Shown here: one piece after another, positions 55,586-64,000 of the stretch
Numbering within the stretch: the stretch's first letter is position 1
Layout of the letters: each line of letters opens with the position of its first letter
Assembly (NCBI RefSeq): GCF_902713615.1
Contig: NC_052175.1
Span: forward strand, 9,899,271-9,963,270
Length of the DNA stretch: 64,000 bases
Reading direction: 5' to 3'
DNA from: Scyliorhinus canicula
Taxonomy: Eukaryota
Position numbers and translations under genes: made by a program
Notes under the pieces: generated by a model
What the model saw: only the letters and a program-made list of their open reading frames with translations
Databases searched by the model: none
What the model was told of the DNA's origin: nothing

Positions 55586-58322
55586 TGATGAAAATGAAAA
55601 TCGCTTATTGTCACGAATAGGCTTCAATGAACATGAGAACATAAGAACATAAGAACTTGGAGCAGGAGTAGGCCATCTGGCACCTCGAGCCTGCTCCGCC
55701 ATTCAATTAGATCATGGCTGATCTTTTGTGGACTCAGCTCCACTTTCCGGCCCGAACACCATAACCCTTAATCCCTTTATTCTTCAAAAAACTATCTATC
55801 TTTACCTTAAAAACATGTAATGAAGGAGCCTCAACTGCTTCACTGGGCAAGGAATTCCATAGATTCACAACCCTTTGGGTGAAGAAGTTCCTCCTAAACT
55901 CAGTCCTAAATCTACTTCCCCTTATTTTGAGGCTATGCCCCCTAGTTCTGCTGTCACCCGCCAGTGGAAACAACCTGTCCGCATCTATCCTATCTATTCC
56001 CTTCATAATTTTAAATGTTTCTATAAGATCCCCCCTCATCCTTCTAAATTCCAATGAGTACAGTCCCAGTCTACTCAACCTCTCCTCATAATCCAACCCC
56101 TTCAGCTCTGGGATTAACCTAGTGAATCTCCTCTGCACACCCTCCAGCGCCAGTACGTCCTTTCTCAAGTAAGGAGACCAAAACTGAACACAATACTCCA
56201 GACGTGGCCGCACTAACACCTTATACAATTGCAACATAACCTCCCTTGTCTTAAACTCCATCCCTCTAGCAATGAAGGACAAAATTCAATTTGCCTTCTT
56301 AATCACCTGTTGCACTTGTAAACCAACCTTCTGTGACTCATGCACTAGCACACCCAAGTCTCTCTGAACAGCGACAAGCTTCAATATTTTATCGTTTAAA
56401 TAATAATCCCGTTTGCTGTTATTCCTACCAAAATGGATAACCTCACATTTGTCAACATTGTATTCCATCTGCCAGACCCGAGCCCATTCACTTAACCTAT
56501 CCAAATCCTTCTGCAGACTTCCAGTATCCTCTGCACTTTTCGCTTTACCACTCATCTTAGTGTCATCTGCAAACTTGGACACATTGCCCTTGGTCCCCAA
56601 CTCCAAATCATCAATGTAAATTGTGAACAATTGTGGACCCAACACGGATCCCTGAGGGACACCACTAGCTACTGATTGCCAACCAGAGAAACACCCATTT
56701 ATCCCAACTCTTTGCTTTCTATTAATTAACCAAGCCTCTATCCATGCTACTACTTTACCCTTAATGCCATGTATCTTTATCTTATGCAGCAACCCTTTGT
56801 GTGGCACCTTGTCAAAGGCTTTCTGGAAATCCAGATATACCACATCCATCGGCTCCCCGTTATCTACTGCATTGGTAATGTCCTCAAAATTCCACTAAAT
56901 TAGTTAGGCATGACCTGCCTTTTACGAACCCATGCTGCGTCTGCCCAATGGGACAATTTCTATCCAGATGCCTCGCAATGTTTTCCTTGATGATAGATTC
57001 CAGCATCTTCCCTATTACCGAAGTTAAACTCACTGGCCTATAATTTCCTGCTTTCTGCCTACCTCCTTTTTTAAACAGTGGCGTCACGTTTGCTAATTTC
57101 CAATCCACCGGGACCACCCCAGAGTCTTGTGAATTTCGGTAAATTATCACTAGTGCATCTGCAATTTCCCTAGCCATCTCTTTTAGCACTCTGGGATGCA
57201 TTCCATCAGGGCCAGGAGACTTGTCTACCTTTAGCCCCATTAGCTTGCCCATCACTCCCTCCTTAGTGATAACAATCCTCTCAAGGTCCTCACCTGCCAT
57301 AGCCTCATTTCTATCAGTCGCTGGCATGTTATTTGTGTCTTCCACTGTGAAGATCGACCCAATAAACCTGTTCAGTTCCTCAGCCATTTCCTCATTTCCC
57401 ATTATTAAAACTCCCTTCTCATCCTCTAAAGGACCAATATTTACCTTAGCCACTCTTTTTTGTCTTATATATTTGTAAAAACTTTTACTGTCTGTTTTTA
57501 TATTCTGAGCAAGTTTACTCTCAAACTCTATCTTACTCTTCTTTATAGCTTTTTTAGTAGCTTTCTGTTGCCCCCTAAAGATTTCCCAGTCCTCTAATCT
57601 CCCAGCAATTCTTCCCACTTTATATGCTTTTTCCTTCAATTTGATACTCTCCCTTATTTCCTTAGATATCCACGGTCGATTTTCCCTCTTTCTTCCGTCC
57701 TTCCTTTTTGTTGGTATAAACCTTTGCTGAGCACTGTGAAAAATCGCTTGGAAGGTTCTCCACTGTTCCTCAACTGTTCCACCATAAAGTCTTAGCTCCC
57801 AGTCTACCTTAGCTAGTTCTTCTCTCATCCCCTTTTAATCTCCTTTGTTTAAACACAAAACACTAGTATTTGATTTTACTTTCTCACCCTCCATCTGTAT
57901 TTTAAATTCCACCATATTGTGATCGCTCCTTCCGAGAGGATCCCTAACTATGAGATCATGAATCAATCCTGTCTCATTACACAGGACAAGATCTAGGACC
58001 GCTTGTTCCCTCGTAGGTTCCATTACATACTGTTCTAGGAAACTATCGCGGATACATTCTATAAACTCCTCCTCACGGTTCCCTTGACCGACCTGGTTAA
58101 ACCAATCGACATGTAGATTAAAATCCCCCATGATAACTGCTGTACCATTTCTACATGCATCAGTTATTTCTTTGTTTATTGCCTGCCCCACCATCTCGTT
58201 ACTATTTGGTGGCCGATAGACTACTCCTATCAGTGACTTTTTCGGCTTACTATTCCTAAATTACTGTGAAAAGCCCCTAGTCGCCACATTCCGGCGCCTG
58301 TCCGGGGAGGCTGGTACGGGAT
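55586..58322 (-). mobile_element. tRNA-like SINE (18575 family), 5'-truncated, split by CR1
   Basis: Halves GCTTATTGTCACGAATAGGCTTCAATGAA (about 55603-55631) and TTACTGTGAAAAGCCCCTAG...GGTACGGG (58261-58320); AAATGGGTGT at 55576-55585 and 58323-58332. Confidence 0.8.
55632..58258 (-). mobile_element. 5'-truncated CR1, near-identical twin of 48880-51498
   Basis: Same translated segments and the same stops (57835, 56286); tail (CTTATGTT)n at about 55632-55655. Confidence 0.95.
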
Positions 58323-59062
58323 AAATGGGTGTGTATAGAAATATCTGTAGTGAGAGTACCTTTACGAAATGGGTGTTTGTTACTGCAGTGATTACAGAGA
58401 GTGGGTTGAGCTGGGCTGTCTGTCAGCTTTTTCTGTCGTTTTCGGATTTTTGCTGCAGGGTGAGTTTGGTTTCATTTTAGTCTTGGAGAAGCTGCAATCA
58501 CAGCAGGATGTGTGTGAATCTCTGCAAGATTATGAACATCCATTTGCTGATTTCAACGTGGTAACTGTTCTCAGTAATGAATTTAAACCTTATATGTTTC
58601 TGTTAACAGGTGTTTTTTTTAAGTCTTTTGGATGTTTGGGGATTTATTAAGGATTACATAGTGTTATATTTTTTGGGGGTTGTATTTGAATTGATTGTTG
58701 CGAAGATGTTTACCCTACGTTTCAAAAAGGTTATCTTGAGTTCATGGCATAAACATTGTTTTGCTTTAAAACATACTTTTCGTTTTCTGCTCCAGCTCAC
58801 CAACAGAGTGGACCGTGTGCTCCCCATACCACAAGCTAGTAAAAGTTGTGGGCCAGGTCAATTCCATGATACATTATGGGGCTCGCTAAACCTTGACCCA
58901 TAACACTCACACTCTCTCTCTCTCCGTCCCTCTCACTTTGCCTCTCTGTAACTCTTTCTGTCTCTCTCTCTCTCTCCTTAGATCCCCTTCTCTCTCACTC
59001 ATTCACTATACCTCTCTATCTCTGTTAATCTCAATCTCAATCGCATTCTCAGTCTTGGTTTT

Positions 59063-59103
<41 letters not shown>

Positions 59104-59771
59104 CTGTATCTCTCTCTCTATCTCTCTCTATTGCTCTCGTTGTAACTATTTAGCTGCATCTCTCTCTCTGTATCTCACTCTCAGAGTCTCCCTTCCTGTA
59201 GTTTCTCTCTCTGAATCTGTGTCTGTCTCGGACTCTGTCTCTCCCTCTCGCTCTGTCTCTCTCTGTCAGCACCTTCTGTGTACCTCTCTCTGTATCGCTC
59301 TCTGCCTCTCTCTTCTGCATCTCTCTCGCTGTCTGGGCATCCCTCTCTATATTTCAATCTCTCTCCCACTCTCTTACGGTTTCAGTCTCTCTCTCACTTC
59401 ATATCTCCATCTCTTTCTCTCTCTGTCTCCTTCTCTCATTGTATCTCTCTCTCTCTGTCTCAAACTCCATCTCAATCTTAATCTCAATCTCAATCTCTCT
59501 CGCTCTCTCTTTCTCTCTGAATCTGTCTCTCACTGTAGCTCTCTCTTTGCATTTTTGTCTCTATTTATCTCTCTTTATGTCTCTCCTGCCTCTCTCCTTC
59601 TCTCTCAAACTCCCTCTCTGTATCTTTCTAGACCTCCCGCTCTGAATCTCGCTCTGTCTGTCTGAGTCTCTGTATCACTTTGTATGTAGCTCTCTCTCTA
59701 TCTCTCTCTCTGTCTCTCGTCCGCATCTCTCTCTGGACATCCCTCGGTATTTGTCTCTCCCTATCGATTGT

Positions 59772-59851
<80 letters not shown>

Positions 59852-60235
59852 ACTTTACATCTCTCTCGCACTTTACATCTCTCTCTCCCTGTACCTTTCT
59901 ATCTCCTCTCTCAATCAATCTGAATTTCAGTGTTAATCTCAATCTCAACCCCAATCTCTCTCTATCTCTTTCTCTCGCCTGATCTCTCTATTTCTCTCTC
60001 ACATTTTACATCTCTCTCTCTCTGTTGCTCTCTCTCTCTGTCACTCTCAGTCTCTCTCTCTCTTTATATCTCTCTCTTTCTCTCTCTCTCTTCCTTTACA
60101 TCTCTCACACTCTCTCCGTTTTCCTCCGTTGTTCTCTATCTGTAGCTTTGTGTCTCAAGCTGATTCGTCCTCTATGTATCGCTCTCGCCCTCGCTCCCTC
60201 TCTCTCTCTCTCACTGTACCTCTCTATCTCTCTCT

Positions 60236-60459
60236 ATTTTAAAAAAAGTTTAGATTACCCAATTTTTTTTCCAATTAAGGGTCAATTTAGCATGGCTAAT
60301 CCACCTACTTTGCACATTTTTGGGTTGTGGTGGCGAAACCCACGCAGACACGGGGATAATGTGCAAACTCCACACGGACAGTGACCCAGAATCGGGATCG
60401 AACCTGGGACCTCAGCACCGTGAGGCATCTGTGCTAACCAGAAGTCCACCGTGCTGCCC
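60236..60459 (-). mobile_element. Short A-tailed V-SINE with 15-bp TSD
   Basis: Same family as 7798; TCTCTATCTCTCTCT at 60221-60235 and 60460-60474, though within a low-complexity target. Confidence 0.9.
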
Positions 60460-60621
60460 TCTCTATCTCTCTCTCAATCTCAAACTCAGACTCAATCAGA
60501 ATTTCAATTTGAATCTCTCTCTCTACCTGTTTCTCTCGCTGTGTATATTTCCCTCTTCGGTCGCTCCCTCTTTGTACTTTGTACTTTCATTGTACTTTCT
60601 GTCTCTTGACCTCCCTCTGTA

Positions 60622-60655
<34 letters not shown>

Positions 60656-61855
60656 GCATTCTCACTCTCTCGCGTTACATCTGTCTCTCTCTCTTTCTCT
60701 CTACATTTCTCTCTCACTCTGGTAATTTACATCTCTCTCTCTCTGTCTCTAACTCACTATACATCTCTGCAACTCTCTCCATGCATCTTTCTCTCTCACT
60801 TTACATTTCTTGAACGCGCTCTCTCTCTCCCCCTCTCCCCGAACTGTACCTCTCTATATCTCTCAATCTCAATCTCAATCCCATTCACAATCTGAATCTC
60901 TCATTCTCTCTCTCTCTCTCTCTGTTTCTCTCTCTTATGTCTCTCACAGAGAGATAGGTAACTGTATCTCTCTCTGTGTCCCTCTCTCTCTGGATCTCTG
61001 TTTCACTTCTGCATCTCCCTCTCTCTGGACCTCGCTCTCTGCATTTCTCTCTCTCTCCCACTTTCAAACACTTTACATCTCTGCTCGCTCCCTCTCTGTT
61101 TATCTGTAGCTTTTTCTTTGTATCTCTCTTAATCTGTCTCTCTCTATCTCTCTCGACCTCCCTCTGTATTTTACACTCTCCCTATGTCTCTCACTTTACA
61201 TCTCACTCTCACTCACTCTCTCTCTCGCACTCACGACACATCTCACTCACTTTCTCTCACTCTTTCTCACTCACTATACATCTCCCTCTCTGTCTCTCTC
61301 CCTCTTCGCATCACTCTCTGTTTCTCTTTCTCTGTCACTCACTGTACCTCTCTATCACTCTCACTCGCAACGCAACCTCAATCTCAATCCCATTTTCAAT
61401 CTCATAGTTCAGCAGTCTGAACACGACACAAAGCCAGGAGCCAGCACTAACTCGGATAGTTTATAAATTATGCCTTCATATTGTGGGCTCTGCACAGTGT
61501 TGCATGCATGTTCTGACGATATAATTAAATGAAATGCACAGTGAAGATACAGACTGTTCGGCATTCCTGCTCCGTGTAGGTGTTTCTGCGTCACACGAGC
61601 CTCTCTCATCCTTTCTTCATCTCACGCTATTTTGTCACATTTCTGTGTCTTTCTATCTTATGCTTTGATCCATATTTCTCCCTTAAAAACACCTCTAATT
61701 TTCAGGTAAAGGACATCCTGTGGGAAGGAGTTGCACTTTCTCCCTAGTTTCGTGGAAAATATATTTCCCCTAAATTTCCCTTTGGGTTTATTGCCTGCAA
61801 TATTATATTAATGACCGATATTTCTGAATTGCTGCAGATGTAAAACCACCTCCAT

Positions 61856-62200
61856 GGGAGGCCTGGTGGCGTAGTGGCTTGGATGGTTGCTCATAGCGCT
61901 CGGTAACCGGGTTCGACCCCAGACTGGGATCACTGACTGTGTGATGTTTGCACGTTCTCCCCATCTCTGATTGGATTTCCTCCTGGTGCTGCGGTTTCCT
62001 CCCACAGTCCAAAGATGTGCGGGTTAGGTGGAATGGCCATGCTAAATTGTCCGTAGTGTCCATAAAGTAAGGTTAAGGGGGTTGGGGGTTGTTGGGTTAC
62101 GGGTATAGGGTGGATACGTGGGTTTGAGTAGGGTGATCATGGCTCGGCACAACATCGAGGGCCGAAGGGCCTGTTCTGTGCTGTACTGTTCTATGTTCTA
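61856..62200 (+). mobile_element. HE1-type V-SINE
   Basis: Decayed tRNA head, V-domain, tail GGCACAACATCGAGGGCCGAAGGGCC...CTATGTTCTA. Confidence 0.9.
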
Positions 62201-62992
62201 AATGCAGGTTAGTTGGATATATCGTGCTAAATTGCACCTTAGTTGCCATGGATGTGCCGGTTAAGGTTATGGGTGATGGGGAACTTAGGTGTGGATGGGG
62301 CACTGTAAATGGGGAGAGCATTTATTCGAAGGGTCGGGACAGACTCGATGGGGCGAATGATCTCTCTACATAAAGGGTAGCAGGGTAGCATGGTGGTTAG
62401 CATAAATGCTTCACAGCTCCCGGGTCCCAGGTCCGATTCCCGGCTGGGTCACTGTCTGTGTGGAATCTGCACGCTTTCCCCCTGTGTGCGTGGGTTTCCT
62501 CCGGGTGCTCCGGTTTCCTCCCACAGTCCAAAGATGTGCGGGTTAGGTGGATTGGCCATGCTAAATTGCCCGTAGTGTCCTAATAAAAGTAAGGTTAGGG
62601 GGGGGGGGGTTGTTGGGTTATGGGTATAGTGTCGATACGTGGGTTTGAGTAGGGTGATCATGTCTCGGCACAACATTGAGGGCCGAAGATCAACAAACGG
62701 CAGCTGTATTTTGGGACACAGACCCTCAGCCTCCGACATAACCCGGGTTCGATTCCTGGCTTGGGTCACTGCCTGTGCGAATGCTGTACTTTCTCTCCGA
62801 TTGGCATGGATTTCCTCCAGTTGATACAGTTTTCTCGCGAATGACGTACTGCTTGGTGAATTGGACATTCTGAATGTTCTTCCTGTGTACCCGAACAGGC
62901 GCAGGAATGTGGCGACTAGGGACTTTTCACTGTAACTTTATTGCAGTGTTAATTTAAGCCTACCTGTGACACTGACAAAGATTATTATTATT
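62201..62992 (+). mobile_element. SINE cluster: second-tail fragment (62201-62370), HE1-type SINE (62375-62688), 18575-family SINE (62730-62992)
   Basis: Three abutting segments with recognisable heads or tails; the last ends GTGACACTGACAAAGATTATTATT. Confidence 0.8.
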
Positions 62993-63654
62993 GTGATCAA
63001 CAGGTAAACCACATAAACGTTCTTATCTGGAACTAATTTCCTTGCATTATCGTCTATATATTTTTAAACACAAAGCATCGTTCATTGCGTATTGCACATG
63101 TCATTGACGCTGAGCGGTGAAAATTCGCAGTGAGATTCGAATCGGGGTGTGATCGGAGTCTCAGAGTGTGGGTGACGAACAATGCCCTCGGTGTTTGGCC
63201 ATTGCTCCATCTCTTCCACCGTCAGATATCCTGACAGTATCAGATAGCGTGAAGAAGGTTTTCCGTTGACGAAATGAGAAGAAAACAGTTCCACTGGCTG
63301 GAGCTTCCGTAACTAAAGGGATTCAGATTGAGACCCATCGTTAAAAGAACCGAAAAGGCATTCTGGTATTTTTATTGAGAACTGGAATGTGCTTTCTGAA
63401 AGGACGGTGTAAGCAGATTCAAAAGTAACTTTTAAAATGGGAACTGTAGCTTTATTTGTTAATGGAAAGCCGTGGAGGAAAGAGCTGGGAGAGTGGGTCT
63501 TGTTGTTCAGTTCTATCAAAGAGACAGAACCGTCACGTCGGGCCCAATGGGTTCTTAGTCTGATCGGTGAAATTTCACGAAAACACGTTATAATGCAAAT
63601 AATGTTCACAACGCATCTGTCTCCTTGTCAGCAATACATTAGACACAAATTTGA

Positions 63655-63800
63655 TAAATAACCCCGACAGTGCAGAGAGGCCATTCAGCACATCGATTTT
63701 GCACCTACACTTTGAAAGAGCACCCTATTTCGGCCCAATCCCCCGCACCAACACCGGAACTGCAACGAACCTAAGGAGCAATTTTATCATTGGCAATCCA
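63655..63800 (-). mobile_element. Decayed V-SINE 3' fragment
   Basis: CAGTGCAGAGAGGCCATTCAGCACATCGA...GAAAGAGCACCCTA is the reverse complement of the second-type tail. Confidence 0.6.
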
Positions 63801-63899
63801 GCGAACCTGCGCTCTGTTGCAGGCAGGACAGAATTCAGCTCAACATGTCCGTGGAAAATCTTGACTGTGAACTTTAACCAAACACTTCTGAAATATATC

Positions 63900-64000
63900 A
63901 TTTTTTAAAAAGTACAGTACCCAATTCATTTTTTTTTTCCAAATAAGGTGCAATTTAGCGTGGCCAGTCCACCTACCCTGCACGTCTTTGGGTTTTGGGG
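63900..64000 (-). mobile_element. Short A-tailed V-SINE 3' part, cut by window end
   Basis: T-run, TACCCAATT..TTTTCCAAATAAGG.GCAATTTAGCGTGGCCAGTCCACCTACCC matches the 7798 family. Confidence 0.8.

Larger units (their letters stand above)
55553..58905 (+). mobile_element. Gypsy solo LTR split by a SINE and a CR1
   Basis: TGTCATGTGAGAG (55553) ... GACCCATAACA (58905); flanks CTCG and CTCA (4-bp TSD with one mismatch); body similar to LTR 10074-10691. Confidence 0.85.
51660..61420. repeat. Roughly 10-kb pyrimidine-rich (CT)n / (TCTCAA)n tract with nested insertions
   Basis: CT-rich throughout 51660-55550 and 58906-61420, with pure (CT)n runs at about 52350-52400 and 59775-59845. Confidence 0.95.

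Noticed and set aside
52083-61407. Long Leu/Ser-rich ORFs (up to 447 aa) and Arg/Glu-rich antisense ORFs
   Set aside because: Artefacts of (CT)n low complexity.
63000-63650. CpG-containing unique block near the window end
   Set aside because: No supported ORF, repeat identity or motif cluster; left unannotated.

Overview
Repeat-dominated (over 90%) window of a vertebrate genome. HE1/V-type SINEs, HER1-like CR1 LINEs and a GPR139-like receptor point to a cartilaginous fish (inference). One host gene is supported: an intact two-exon GPR139-like class A GPCR on the minus strand (exon 1 23908-23974, exon 2 20271-21211, 335 aa). The rest is nested mobile DNA: about a dozen CR1 copies, a decayed L1-clade element, Penelope fragments, Gmr1-like Gypsy elements and solo LTRs, V-SINEs with three tail types, a possible env-LTR remnant, and large satellites. 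The standout is a full-length CR1 with both ORFs intact (33659-39422, minus) inserted in a Gypsy gag. Its 5' end is a near-perfect array of about 12.7 x 131-bp monomers, each with an octamer, a CCAAT box and splice-donor motifs, and a consensus splice acceptor lies just before ORF1. ORF1 ends on the slippery sequence G GGT TTA AAC TAA with an AUG-less ORF2 open in the -1 frame; the T TTA AAC TAA core recurs in two other CR1 copies here. All calls are by eye; no searches were run.
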